Shown piece after piece: positions 9,910 to 20,881 of a DNA stretch of 64,000 nt. Origin of the DNA: an uncultured Methanomassiliicoccales archaeon (lineage in GTDB: Archaea; Thermoplasmatota; Thermoplasmata; Methanomassiliicoccales; UBA472); NCBI GenBank assembly GCA_963695345.1, contig OY968769.1:512001-576000 (forward strand). Direction: 5' to 3'. The stretch's first letter is position 1, and each line of letters begins with the position of its first letter. The position numbers and the translations under genes are program-made. Below the pieces are notes generated by a model that was given only the letters and a program-made list of their open reading frames with translations, was not told the DNA's origin and did no database searches.

Positions 9910-10511
9910 TGGAATCGCCAGATCATGATATGGGTTTCCATATCTTGCTGATATGGCTGAAATCCATTTCATCTGATAAATACATTGGTCCGAGAAGGAC
10001 ATAAAAGACCCAGCATCCAGCCTGATCACAGCCTGGTTCGAGAGATGGAAATCGTATCCCGCTCCTGGATGTTGACGAGGATGTCGGAGTCGGATAGATG
10101 TTTGATGACCTCTGAGATGTGGTCATCTGGATGATGCATGGTTATGATATGGAGGGAGCCTACGAGGTCTTTGGCATCGGACGCTGTCGAGTCGTTCTGG
10201 CATATTGCCGGATAACCATACTGATGGGCATCGCCGTCCTGGTAACAAATGAGAGGAGTTACATTGTCCAAGGATGGGGTAAAATCCACGATCAATGGTC
10301 TCGAAATGCCTGGGCGACTTGTCGTTTCATGCATCGAGATCAAGAGGGCTGGAAGGTATCATTTCCTCTTGCAGAAAAACGATCACGAACAGGATCAAGC
10401 CACTGCCATTCTGACCATGACCATCGAGGTTTTGGAATGGACGAGGACGGAGATGGAAGCAGCGTTCATATGAATAATCATTTTATCCTTGATGCCATTA
10501 CGAGGGACAAG

Positions 10512-10588
10512 GCCACCATAGCTCAGCCCGGTTGAGCGGCTGACTTGTAATCAGCAGGTCGGGAGTTCGAATCTCCCTGGTGGCTCCA
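10512..10588 (+). tRNA. tRNA-Thr(TGT), CCA encoded
   Basis: GCCACCATAGCTCAGCCCGGTTGAGCGGCTGACTTGTAATCAGCAGGTCGGGAGTTCGAATCTCCCTGGTGGCTCCA. Confidence 0.95.
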
Positions 10589-10761
10589 TAGCTTTTCTTA
10601 CTTCCTGTCATTCGCCTCGCGTCAATCAAAACTCGGATGTCAATAGTCGATATTTCCCGAAATGCGTCTCCTTAGATAGTTAAAAAAGAGGAACGTTGAT
10701 GCGAATAGATTAGTAATAGTGCATTCCTAGCCGTCTTAGAGAATATCAGGGACCATTTACA

Positions 10762-10968
10762 ATGAAAACAAATGAGAAGAGACCGCTGGCTGAGGTAGAA
10801 AAGGAATATCTGGGCAGAGTATGGACCGCGAGCATCGACCACGAACCGGGATTGGAAGGATTCCGCTATTGGGTCTCAGAGAGGGACGGCACTATCTGCA
10901 AGATCATGGAAGACAGCGGTGTCGAGGAAATGGCTCTTAGAAAATCGCGGAAGAAGAAGAAAAACTAG
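10762..10968 (+). CDS. Small hypothetical protein
   Basis: 68-aa ORF with plausible composition and a basic C-terminus. Confidence 0.55.
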   Translation: MKTNEKRPLAEVEKEYLGRVWTASIDHEPGLEGFRYWVSERDGTICKIMEDSGVEEMALRKSRKKKKN

Positions 10969-10986
10969 GACCGGAGCGTTGGGACC

Positions 10987-11334
10987 TCAATCCCAATAAA
11001 TATCATTTTCCTGGAACCCGACCTTAAGGACCAGTATCCTGAAATCATGATGGATCACCGGGTTCCCGTGGACGTCCCCCGGCTCGCAGATAACTATGTC
11101 GCCCGGGCTCATTGTGACATTCTTGCCGTTGATGACGAAGGGCGCCTCGTCCAGGGCATAGAATATCTCGGTCTGGAAACGGTGATGGTGCTGACGCACT
11201 ACCTCCCCCTTCCGGAACTCCACTTCCTGGATGAAAGAACCGGGGATGCCCAGGCCTGATTCGTCGATCAGCACCTTTTTGGTATACCCCTCTCCCTGCA
11301 CGACCTTGGCCCGATCATGCTTAATGAGCTTCAT
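10987..11334 (-). CDS. Cupin domain protein
   Basis: HHH..QTEIFY and PGD.VICEPGDVHG cupin motifs. Confidence 0.85.
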   Translation of the reverse strand: MKLIKHDRAKVVQGEGYTKKVLIDESGLGIPGSFIQEVEFRKGEVVRQHHHRFQTEIFYALDEAPFVINGKNVTMSPGDIVICEPGDVHGNPVIHHDFRILVLKVGFQENDIYWD

Positions 11335-11338
11335 CGGA

Positions 11339-12715
11339 CTACTTCCGCGCGTCCCTTATGGCGCCCTCGAGAACGTCCAGGCCGGCATCGATCTGTTCGA
11401 TCGGGGTTATGATGGGCGGTATGACCCGGATGCCGGACCTTCCGCAACCCAGGGTTATCAATCCCCTCTTCATGCACAGTTCATCGACCTTGTCTCGGAG
11501 CCGGCAGGCCGGGGTCTTGGTCTTCCGGTCCTCCACCAGTTCGATCGCCTGCATCATGCCGAACCCGCGTACGTCACCTATCTCCTCGAACTTCTCCTTC
11601 ATCTCGTCGAGCCGCTTCCTCAGGTGGACCCCCTTGACCGCCGCCATCTCCACGATGCCGTCCTCCTCGTAGACATCCAGGGTAGCCATCGCCGAAGCGC
11701 AGGCAACGCAGTTGCCCCCGTAGGTGTTGGAGTGTGCCCCTTTGACCTTCCAATCAAGCTCGCTCCGGAATGTGGTGGCGGCTATGGGAAGTCCCGAGCC
11801 CAGGGATTTGGCCATGCAGGCAATGTCCGGCTCGATGCCGTGGTGCTCGATGCACCACATCTTCCCCGAACGGCCCATTCCCGCCTGGACCTCATCGTCA
11901 ACCAGCAGGATACCTTCCTTGTTGATGATATCGTAGACCTTCTTCGCCCAACCCACCGGCGGGACGATGTAACCGCCCTCGCCCTGGACCGGTTCCATGA
12001 AGAGGGCGGCGACCTCCTCCGGAGGCGTAATGGTCTCGAAATAGATCTCCTTCAGGATGTCGGCGCACCATATGCCGCATGAGGGATACTCCAGATGGTA
12101 GGGGCACCGGTAGCAGTAGGCGTACGGTATGTGGGTAACCCCCGGCATCATGGGAGTGTAGCGCGCCCTCTGGACCTTCTTCGAGGCCGTTAGGGAGAGA
12201 GAACCCATCGTGCGGCCGTGGAATGCCCCGATGAACGCGATGAACTGCTTGCGGTCCGGCCGGTTCCAGCGGGCCAGCTTGATAGCCGCTTCGATCGATT
12301 CGGTGCCAGAGTTGGAGAAGAATATCTTTTTCTTGTAGTGGCCCGGCCCCACCTTGCACAGGCGTTTGGCCAGTTCGGACTGTATGTCGTAGTAGTAATC
12401 GGTCCCGGCGAAATGCATCAGCTTCGCGGCTTGTTCCTGGACCGCCTTGACCACCTTCGGATGGCAATGACCGATGTTAAGGACCGCCACACCGCTGGCG
12501 AAATCGAGGAGCAGGTTCCCGTCAACGTCCCGGATCACCGCACCGGAGGCGCTTTCCACCGCAATCGGCGCAGCTTTCGTCGAGGTGGCGACGAACTCAT
12601 TGTCCATCTCGATTATCTTCTTGGCATTCGGCCCCGGCGGTTCGATCACTATGTTGGGAACTTTTTCCACGATATCGCGCTCCGTGCTCCGGACGGTCTT
12701 AATCGTAGACAACAT
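11339..12715 (-). CDS. Class III PLP aminotransferase (ornithine/4-aminobutyrate aminotransferase family)
   Basis: NSGTESIEAAIK, AFHGRT, EPVQGEGG, DEVQAGMGRSG, AKSLGSG. Confidence 0.9.
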   Translation of the reverse strand: MLSTIKTVRSTERDIVEKVPNIVIEPPGPNAKKIIEMDNEFVATSTKAAPIAVESASGAVIRDVDGNLLLDFASGVAVLNIGHCHPKVVKAVQEQAAKLMHFAGTDYYYDIQSELAKRLCKVGPGHYKKKIFFSNSGTESIEAAIKLARWNRPDRKQFIAFIGAFHGRTMGSLSLTASKKVQRARYTPMMPGVTHIPYAYCYRCPYHLEYPSCGIWCADILKEIYFETITPPEEVAALFMEPVQGEGGYIVPPVGWAKKVYDIINKEGILLVDDEVQAGMGRSGKMWCIEHHGIEPDIACMAKSLGSGLPIAATTFRSELDWKVKGAHSNTYGGNCVACASAMATLDVYEEDGIVEMAAVKGVHLRKRLDEMKEKFEEIGDVRGFGMMQAIELVEDRKTKTPACRLRDKVDELCMKRGLITLGCGRSGIRVIPPIITPIEQIDAGLDVLEGAIRDARK

Positions 12716-12785
12716 TATATGATGATTTGCTGGAAGGCCGTCCAGTTCCTTTTAGGATACGCTCAAGGGCATTTATCCCCCGGGC

Positions 12786-13471
12786 CTAGTCCTCGATCCC
12801 TTCCGCAAGTTCCGCGCTGGCGATCATCTTGGAGAGGATCTCGTAGGCATGGATCATGTCCTTCTCGTCCACGATGAAGATGGTATCGGTATAGCAGGAG
12901 ACGGACTCCGCCACGTTGACGTTGTTCTCGGACAGGTTCGAAGCCAGGTAGGAGAAGACCCCGCTGGTCTCCATGATCTTCTCCGGGGACTTGACGGATA
13001 TCTCCACCAGGCTGGGACGGACCCGCAGGACGTTCTCCTTGCCTACCGCGTTGACGACCTCGTTCTTGAGCTTCTCGTCGGCGATGATGGTGATGGCGTG
13101 AGCGCCTTGGATGACCTGCATTATGGCCTTCTCATTGATCAGCCTCTGGAAGATCGTCTCGAGCTTATGCAGCACGGTCCAATCGTTCTTGGCGGTGACT
13201 GCGCAGACCTTGGTCTTGACCTCCAGGCGGCTGTTGCCCAGGATCTTGAGCACGTCCTTCTCGTGGTCCTTTTTGGAGAGCTTGACCGAATAACGCCGGC
13301 AAGCGATCATGACCGCCTCCTCGTTCTTCACATTGAGGTCCTTCATGATCAATCGGCGAGCGATGAGTAGTTGATGAGATCCTTGGAGATGCAGTCCTTG
13401 ATGCTGGGATGAGCGTCTATGTATGCCCTGGTCTTCTCAGCTATGCTCTCCTTGGGAGCCTGTTCTTTCAT
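12786..13471 (-). CDS. HTH plus ACT-domain amino-acid-responsive regulator (frameshift near 13355)
   Basis: N-terminal part MKEQAPKESIAEKTRAYIDAHPSIKDCISKDLINYSSLAR joins IMKDL...EAVMIACRRY; C-terminal ACT (TSGVFSYLASNLSENNVNVAESVSCYTD). Confidence 0.75.
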
Positions 13472-13506
13472 GTAAATCAAACATATAATAAAAGAGATAT
13501 TTGAGC

Positions 13507-13524
13507 GTGTCTGTTTCTAGACAC
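13507..13524. promoter_or_regulatory. Perfect palindrome GTGTCT-N6-AGACAC upstream of the HTH-ACT gene
   Basis: GTGTCTGTTTCTAGACAC; matches the boxes in the argC-argG spacer. Confidence 0.6.
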
Positions 13525-13529
13525 ATTGC

Positions 13530-14714
13530 TCATTGGATGGCGAGGAAGGACGCCAAGGAATCGTTGAAGGTCTTCACCGAGGCCTCGGAGATGATCAGGG
13601 GAGGTACCGCGCGCACCACCTGGGAGGCGGCCACGTTGATCAGGAGCCTCTTATCCAGACCGAACCTCTGGAACTCCTTGGCCTTATCCCCCATCTCAAT
13701 GCCGGTCATCAGACCTAGACCCCGAACGTCCTTGACGCATCTCGTGACCGGAAACTATCCGGGCAAGGTTGGAACGCCACTTGTCGCCCATCTCGGCGGA
13801 GCGCTCCACCAGCCTGTCCTTTTTCATGGTGTTGATGACAGCGCAGGCGGCCGCACAGGCCAGCGGGTTTCCCCCGAAGGTGGTCCCATGCGATCCGGGA
13901 GTGAACGCCTTCGATATTTCCCTGGTGGAGACCAGCGCGCCGATGGGAACGCCGCCGCCCAGCGCCTTGGCCAAGGTGATCATGTCCGGCACCACATCGA
14001 AATGCTGGAACCCGAACCATTTGCCCGTCCGCCCCATGCCGGTCTGGACCTCGTCGACGATCATCAGCGCACCGGTGTCGTGGCATACGTCCCGAGCGGT
14101 CCTGATGAACTCGGCGGGTGGCCGACTTAACACCTCCCTCCCCCTGGATGGGTTCCAGCATGACCCCGGCCGTCTCCTTGGTGACCGCCACCTTCAGCGC
14201 CTCCGGGTCGTTGAAAGGCACGAATGAGAACGCCTGTGACAGCAACGGTTCGAAACCGGTCTGGTATTTCACCTGGCCAGTGGCCGAGAGCGCTCCCGCC
14301 GTGCGGCCATGGAACGAGTTCTTGGCAGGCCACGAAATGCTTGCGTCCGGTGGCCTTGGAGGCTAATTTGAGCGCCGCCTCATTGGCCTCGGCGCCGCTG
14401 TTGACGAACATGGATACGCCCAACGGACTGGGGACCGTCGAGGCGATCGCCTCGCCCAGGTCGGCCTGCTCCTGCACGTAGTAGAGGTTCGAGACGTGTA
14501 TCATCTTCTGGGCCTGTTCGGAGATGGCCTTCACCAACGCCGGGTGGTTATGGCCCAAAGCGTTGACCGCGATGCCCGCCACGTAATCGATGTATTGGTT
14601 TCCCTGCAGGTCGTACAGGAACTCCCTTTCCCCGCGCGAGAAACAGATGTCCTCACGGCCATAGTTCTGGAACAGATATGCTGAACTGAGCAACTTGACT
14701 TCTTCGAAATCCAT
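13530..14714 (-). CDS. argD: Acetylornithine aminotransferase (several frameshifts)
   Basis: Fragments [62 protein letters not shown]. Confidence 0.9.
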
Positions 14715-14773
14715 CTTGATCCCTCCGGTCATGTGATATTCATGTGATGTTATTGATAATGCTGCTGTTAGTT

Positions 14774-15637
14774 CTAGGGTTTTATCCGGGTGCCCCGGTT
14801 CTCGCCCTTGAGGAGCTGGGATACGATCGCCTCCGGGTCCTTCCCGCAGATGATGTTCGCCGCGCCCCCCATCGATACGGCAAGACAGCAGGCCTCCAGC
14901 TTCGGGATCATACCTTCTTTGACGATCCCGTCGGCGACCAGCTTCGCCACCTCTTCCGTTCTGATGTCCCGGATGACCGAATCGAGGTTCCCGAACTCCC
15001 TCATGAGCCCCGGTACGTCGGTCACCAGGATGAACTCGGCTGCCTGCACCGCCCTGGCCACGTGCGCGGCAGCGGTGTCGGCGTTCACATTGTAGAGATG
15101 TCCCACCCCATCGGCGCATATCGAATAGATGACCGGGACGAAGCCCAGACCGACGAGCCATTCAATGGACCGCGGATCGACCGATACTACCTCGCCCACG
15201 TGCCCCAGGTCCGCAACGATCTCGACACCGTTCTCGACACCTCTGATCGGGCTCCATCCTGCGGCACGCGATGGTCCCGCACTCCGAACCGGCCAGGCCT
15301 ATCGCTTTGACGCCCGCAGTACGGATCGAGGCGACCAAGGAATCGTTGATCCTGCCGAGGACCGTCTTTGCCACCATCAGAGTGTTGTCATCGGTGACCC
15401 TCAGACCCAGCACCTTGCGCACCGGGAGACCGTTCTTCTTCATCTCCTCGGTGATCTCCGGACCGCCTCCATGGACGATGACCGGCTTTACCCCGAGGGA
15501 TACCAGAAGGGCAATGTCACGGCTGAACCGGCCTTGGTCGTTGGCGCCCCCGATGGAACTGCCGCCGAACTTGATGACTACGATCTTACCCTTCAGCTCC
15601 TCGCGCCCGCGGATATTCCGAACCGTTCAATGGCCAT
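14774..15637 (-). CDS. argB: Acetylglutamate kinase (frameshifted)
   Basis: VVIKFGGS, VHGGGPEI, GLRVTD, NVNADTAA, TDVPG, GMIPK. Confidence 0.92.
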
Positions 15638-15648
15638 GATGACCGCCC

Positions 15649-16884
15649 TCAGGTCGTGTACATGGCGTTGATCTTCACGTAGTCATACGTGAGATCGCAT
15701 CCCCACGCCTCGCCGGACGAGAAACCGACCGCCAGGTTCAGGTCGCATTATGATCTTCTTGCCGGAGAGGATCTTTCTCACGTCCACCTCGGACTGGGTC
15801 CCCGGTATCATGGTGGGAGAACCGTGTCTCGAACAGCGTCACGGTTGTCTCCTCGTCGCTGAGCCTGAGGACGACCTCGTCCAGCTTGAAGTCGGCCCCG
15901 GAGTTGCCCAGTGCCGACAGTATGCGGCCGAAGTTGGGGTCCGCCCCGAACACCGCCGTCTTGACCAGGCTCGACGACATTATCCCTTGGCGGCGCAACC
16001 TTGCCTCCTTCGGGTCCTTGGCGCCGGTGATCCTGACCTCGATGAGCTTCGTCGCCCCTTCACCGTCAATGACGACCTTCTTGGCCAGCATCTGGGCCAC
16101 GTAGCGCACGCGCATCCCAGAAGGCGGAATCATTGTCCGCCGCGGCGCCGCCCGCGCATCCGTTCGCCATGAGGATCGAGATATCATTGGTGCTCTGGTC
16201 CCCGTCCACGCTGATCACGTTGAAGGACTGGTCCATCATCTCCTGCCATTGGTTGTTGATGTTCTCATCCAGCCTGGCGTCGGTGGTGATGAAGGATAGT
16301 GTCGTAGCATGCAGCACCTTGACGTTGGGGGAGATCATGCCGCTGCCTTTGGTGATGCCCGCTATGGTGACCAATGTCCCATCCTTCAAGGTGACCTCGC
16401 ATGCCGCCTGCTTCTCCACGGTGTCCGTGGTCATGATGGCCCGGGCGGCCGCCAGATCAGCATCCTTGCCTTGGCCGAGGTGCTTCACCGCCAGCGGTAT
16501 GCCGCCCATCACCTTGTCCATGGGCAGGAACCGGGATATGACCCCGGTGGACGCTATGCCGACCAGATCCTCCTTGATCTTCAGCTCATTGGCCAGACCG
16601 GAGATCATCTGGTTCGCGTCGGAAAGACCGCGGGGCCCGGTGATGGCATTGGCATTGCCGGAGTTGACGATTATCGCCTGCAGCATGCTGGGGTCCTTCT
16701 TCATCATGATCTCGATGGGCGCGGCACGGACGCGGTTCTGGGTGTAGGCCACGGCGCAGCGGGCCGGCCGCTCCGAGTAGATGACGGCCAGGTCCAACTT
16801 CTCTTTCTTGATGCCGCAGTGAATGCCTGCCGCCTTGAATCCCTTCGGCGAGGTTATCCCGCCCTCAGTTGTCTCCATTTTCAA
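15649..16884 (-). CDS. argJ: Ornithine acetyltransferase / N-acetylglutamate synthase (frameshifted)
   Basis: [52 protein letters not shown]. Confidence 0.93.
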
Positions 16885-17900
16885 ACCCCCAGTCCCGGGA
16901 AATCCAGTCCCGTTTTCTCGTCCAGACCGAACATGATGTTGCAGTTCTGGATCGCCTGGCCGGACGCCCCCTTCACCAGGTTGTCCAGCGCGCTCATTAC
17001 CACTACGTTGCGTTCGCCCACGGTCTCGAACCCGATCTCGATGAAGTTCGATCCGGCCACCGATTGCATGGTGGGCATCGGTTCGAATTTGATGAAACGA
17101 GAACCGGAATAGAAATCACGGTACATTGAGGCGATATCTTCCTTGGCCATCGGCTCCTTCAGGCGCGGATAGGATGTGCACAGCATGCCCCTGACGACCG
17201 GAACCAGGTGGGGCGTGAAGATCAGCTCGACCGGCGTTCCGGAGACCCTCTCCAGGACCATCTTGAATCTCGGGCATGTGCCGGTGCGTCCCCGACCTTG
17301 TAGGGGGTCAGGCTCGCTCCGCAGGTCGGGTGATGGGTGGCCTTGGTGGGCTCGGCCCCGGCTCCGGACGTGCCGCTCTTGGCATCGACGATGACCCGTT
17401 CCTCGACGAGGCCTTTGGCGAACAGCGGCGCCAGGGCCAGGGTGGAACAGGTGGGGTAGCAGCCAGGATTGGCCACCAGGTGGGCACCCTTGATCTTGTC
17501 CCGGAACAGTTCGGGAATGCCGTAGACCGCCTTGGAGAGGTTCTCCTTGTCCCGGTGCTCCAGACCATACCACTTCTTGTACAGTTCCGGGTCGAACAGA
17601 CGATAGTCACCGGAAAGGTCGATGACCTTGACGCCCGAAGATGACAGCTCCGGAACCACATCCATGGATGCTCCGTGGGGCGTGGCCGTGAAGACCACAT
17701 CATAGTCGTTGCCCTGCAGCTTCTCGGTGAAGTTGAGGTCGACGAACCCGTTCAGGAACGGATGGACCTTGGCGACCTTGAGCCCGGCATGCTGCCTGGA
17801 GGTCATCGCCTGGAGCCTTGATTTCAGGATGACGGCATAGCAGGCGGGCCAATTCCCCGCCAGTGTACCCCGAACCGCCGATTATCGCTGCACTTATCAT
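16881..17900 (-). CDS. argC: N-acetyl-gamma-glutamyl-phosphate reductase (frameshifted)
   Basis: GGSGYTGGEL, ATPHG, DLSGDYR, ANPGCYPT, SGTSGAG, DNLVKGASGQA. Confidence 0.95.
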
Positions 17901-17962
17901 GAATCTGTCCTCAATCCTTTGTGAAGAGTTGCCGAATTACGAAAGATGTTTATTAAGCATGA

Positions 17963-18080
17963 TGACCCAAATGAGACAATCGGAATCTCCCCTGTCCCTG
18001 TCGGAACTATGGCCAGCCCCTGGGTTTTTCGAGATGTCCGAAAGAAGACGTCCATGGCCGCAAATGTCTCTCTCTTGTCA
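17963..18080. promoter_or_regulatory. Four TGTCY-N6-RGACA-like boxes spaced 30-42-30 bp between divergent argC and argG promoters
   Basis: 17963 TGACCcaaatgAGACA; 17993 TGTCCctgtcgGAACT; 18035 TGTCCgaaagaAGACG; 18065 TGTCTctctctTGTCA. Each outer box is followed 6-7 nt later by TTAATAA on its own strand. Confidence 0.65.
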
Positions 18081-18123
18081 TCATCGCTTAATAAGCTCCG
18101 GCCGCTCACCGAAAAAGATTGAC

Positions 18124-19368
18124 ATGGCACCCAGTAAGAAAGCTAGTAAATCATCGGTCAAGTCATCCGAGCGCAAGAAGGTCGTTCTTGCTTACTCCGG
18201 CGGGTTGGACACCTCGGTCGCCATCCGCTGGCTTCAGGACAAGTACGACGTCGACGTGATCGCCGTCGGAGTCGACGTGGGACAGCCCGGCCAGATGGAC
18301 GAGGCCATCGAACGTGCCTACACCATCGGAGCCGTCAAGGCATACGCGGTGGACGCGAAGAAGGAGTTCGCCGAGAGCTATGTCTTCAAGGCCCTGAAGG
18401 CCAACGCTCTCTACATGGGCTCATACCCGATGGCGACATCGATCGCCAGGCCGCTCATCGCCAAGATCCTGGTGGATGTGGCAAAGAAGGAGAAGGCCCA
18501 ATACATCGCCCACGGATGCACGGCAAAGGGCAACGACCAGGTACGTTTTGATGTCTCCATCGGCGCACTGGCACCGGACCTGGAGATCATCGCCCCGATG
18601 CGTGAGTGGATCATGACCCGTGAGGAAGAGATCGAGTATGCCCGTAAGAACAAGATCCCCATCAAGGTGAAGAAAGCGACACCCTACAGCACCGACGAGA
18701 ACCTCTGGGGCAGGTCCTGCGAATGCGGTTGCCTGGAGGATGCCTGGCAGGAGCCGCCGGAGGATGCTTTCGAGTGGACCAAGAGCCCGGCCGCGGCACC
18801 CGACAAACCAACCTATGTCGAGATCGGATTCGAGAAAGGCCTCCCGGTCTCGCTGGATGGAAAGAAATACAGTGCCGTGGACCTGATCGAGAAGCTCAAT
18901 GTCATCGCCGGCGAGAACGGCGTCGGCCGCATAGACCAGATGGAGGACCGCCTGGTGGGCATCAAGTCCAGGGAGATCTACGAATCACCTGCCGCCGTCG
19001 TACTGATCGAGGCCCATCGTGACCTGGAAAAAATGGTACTGACCAAGGATGTCAACAACTTCAAGCGCCTCACCGAACAGCGGTACGCCGAGCTGTGCTA
19101 CGATGGACTGTGGTTCTCGCCCCTGAAGGACGCCCTGGACGCATTCATGGACTCAACCCAGGAATACGTGACCGGGACCGTCCGGGTGAAGTTGTTCAAG
19201 GGAAGCGCGGTGGTCGTTGGCCGGATGTCGAAGTATTCGCTGTACGACCATGGACTGGCCACCTATGCCAAGGGAGACCAGTTCGACCATACCTGTGCCA
19301 AGGGATTCATCTACGTCTGGGGACTGCCGCTGAAGAACGTGGCGTCGACCCAGAAGCTGAAGAAGTAG
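18124..19368 (+). CDS. argG: Argininosuccinate synthase
   Basis: LAYSGGLDTS, HGCTAKGNDQVRF, YSTDENLWG, GIKSREIYE; K/S-rich N-terminal extension; TAG stop. Confidence 0.97.
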   Translation: MAPSKKASKSSVKSSERKKVVLAYSGGLDTSVAIRWLQDKYDVDVIAVGVDVGQPGQMDEAIERAYTIGAVKAYAVDAKKEFAESYVFKALKANALYMGSYPMATSIARPLIAKILVDVAKKEKAQYIAHGCTAKGNDQVRFDVSIGALAPDLEIIAPMREWIMTREEEIEYARKNKIPIKVKKATPYSTDENLWGRSCECGCLEDAWQEPPEDAFEWTKSPAAAPDKPTYVEIGFEKGLPVSLDGKKYSAVDLIEKLNVIAGENGVGRIDQMEDRLVGIKSREIYESPAAVVLIEAHRDLEKMVLTKDVNNFKRLTEQRYAELCYDGLWFSPLKDALDAFMDSTQEYVTGTVRVKLFKGSAVVVGRMSKYSLYDHGLATYAKGDQFDHTCAKGFIYVWGLPLKNVASTQKLKK

Positions 19369-19377
19369 GTGCCTCAA

Positions 19378-20826
19378 ATGTCCAACAAGGTCCTGTGGTC
19401 GGGGAGGTTCAGCGGGGCGCCGGACGAGGGAACGATGGCGTTCACCTCCTCCCTTTCCGTCGATTCCGTACTGGCGTGGTATGATGCCGTCGGATCGGTG
19501 GCCCACGCCAAGATGCTGGTCAAACAGAAGATCATACCCAAGCCGGACGGCGAAAAGATAATCGCGGGACTCAAGGACATTATCGGCCAGATCGAGGAGG
19601 ACACGTTCGATTTCAATGAGACGCTGGAGGATGTCCATTCCAATATCGAGTTCAGTCTGACAGAGCGCATCGGAGAGGCGGGCGGCCGCCTCCATACCGC
19701 CCGGAGTCGCAATGACCAGGTGGCCACCGACTTCCGCATGTTCATGCGGGACGTGGTCATGGATTCCGCGGAACTCCTGATGGTGCTGCAGGGGGCGCTG
19801 ATCGAGAAAGCTAAGATGAACATAGAAACGGTCATGCCAGGATTTACCCACGTCCAGCACGCGCAACCGGTCAGCTATGGGTTCCACCTGATGGCCTACG
19901 TGTTCAAGATCCAGCGTGATGTAGACCGACTGCTGGATTCGTACAAGCGTCTGAACATCTCGCCCCTCGGTTCTGCCGCCTTGGCCGGATCCACCTATCC
20001 GATCGACAGGCACATGACCGCCGAACTTCTGGGGTTCGACGGACCGTCGCACAACGCCATGGACAGTGTCAGTGACCGGGATTTCGCTTTGGAATACTCC
20101 TTCTGCGCGGCCCTGATAATGGACCACCTGTCCTCGATGTGCGAGGAGCTGGTGCTTTGGTCAAGCCAGGAGTTTGGATTCATAGAGATATCTGACATGT
20201 ATTCGACGGGAAGTTCGATCATGCCCCAAAAGAAGAACCCGGATGTAGCCGAGCTCATCAGGGGGAGGACGGCTTCGACCTCCGGCAACCTGATGACGAT
20301 GCTGATGCTTCTGAAGGGGCTTCCGCTCTCATATAACCGCGACCTGCAGGAAGACAAGCGATCCGTCATCGCCTCCTACGATACGGTGACCTCCTGCCTG
20401 GGAATGATGGCGCCGATGATGGCAACCTTGACGGTGAACAAGGAGAGGATGCTAGCCGCCACCTCCCAGGGTTTCCTTAACGCCACGGACCTGGCCGACT
20501 ACCTGGTCACGAAGGGGGTGGCGTTCCGGCAGGCCCACGAGGTCGTGGGGAAGATCGTCCGCCACTGCATCGATCAGAACAAGAGGATAGATGACCTTGG
20601 AGTGACGGAGCTGAGGAAGTTCTCGTCGAAGATCGGCAAGGACGTGAAAGAATACATTTCGGTAGAGAGCTGCATGAGCCGCCGGACGTCGTATGGAGGA
20701 ACATCACCGACCAGCGTCGACGCCCAGATAGATGTTGCCGAGGAGATAATAAGTGGACAGGTGGAATTCTGCGAGGCGGAGAGGAACCGCATGGTAAAGG
20801 TCTGGAACGACCTGCTCCGATCCTAG
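19378..20826 (+). CDS. argH: Argininosuccinate lyase
   Basis: LWSGRF, HTARSRNDQ, TGSSIMPQKKNPD, YNRDLQEDK. Confidence 0.97.
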   Translation: MSNKVLWSGRFSGAPDEGTMAFTSSLSVDSVLAWYDAVGSVAHAKMLVKQKIIPKPDGEKIIAGLKDIIGQIEEDTFDFNETLEDVHSNIEFSLTERIGEAGGRLHTARSRNDQVATDFRMFMRDVVMDSAELLMVLQGALIEKAKMNIETVMPGFTHVQHAQPVSYGFHLMAYVFKIQRDVDRLLDSYKRLNISPLGSAALAGSTYPIDRHMTAELLGFDGPSHNAMDSVSDRDFALEYSFCAALIMDHLSSMCEELVLWSSQEFGFIEISDMYSTGSSIMPQKKNPDVAELIRGRTASTSGNLMTMLMLLKGLPLSYNRDLQEDKRSVIASYDTVTSCLGMMAPMMATLTVNKERMLAATSQGFLNATDLADYLVTKGVAFRQAHEVVGKIVRHCIDQNKRIDDLGVTELRKFSSKIGKDVKEYISVESCMSRRTSYGGTSPTSVDAQIDVAEEIISGQVEFCEAERNRMVKVWNDLLRS

Positions 20827-20881
20827 ACCGGTTAGGATAGTTACTTAATGGAGCCGTAAAAAAAGGCTCCGGCGTTCCCTT

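Noticed and set aside
9910-10500. Overlapping ORFs (10026-10343 minus, 10119-10535 plus, 10249-10473 plus)
   Set aside because: No recognisable motifs or consistent coding signal; cannot choose a real gene.
14715-14773. ATCACATGA direct repeat and tiny ORF between argB and argD
   Set aside because: Only two copies, no Arg codons, no match to the arg box.
13340-17900. Multiple frameshifts in the ACT gene and argDBJC suggesting pseudogenes or programmed frameshifting
   Set aside because: Single-base indels with intact catalytic motifs and no in-frame nonsense codons seen; the same pattern hits essential thrS, so most likely long-read or low-coverage errors.
17863-18123. 87-aa N-terminal extension of ArgG in the ORF track
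   Set aside because: Overlaps the argC start and the promoter/operator region; real start is ATG 18124.
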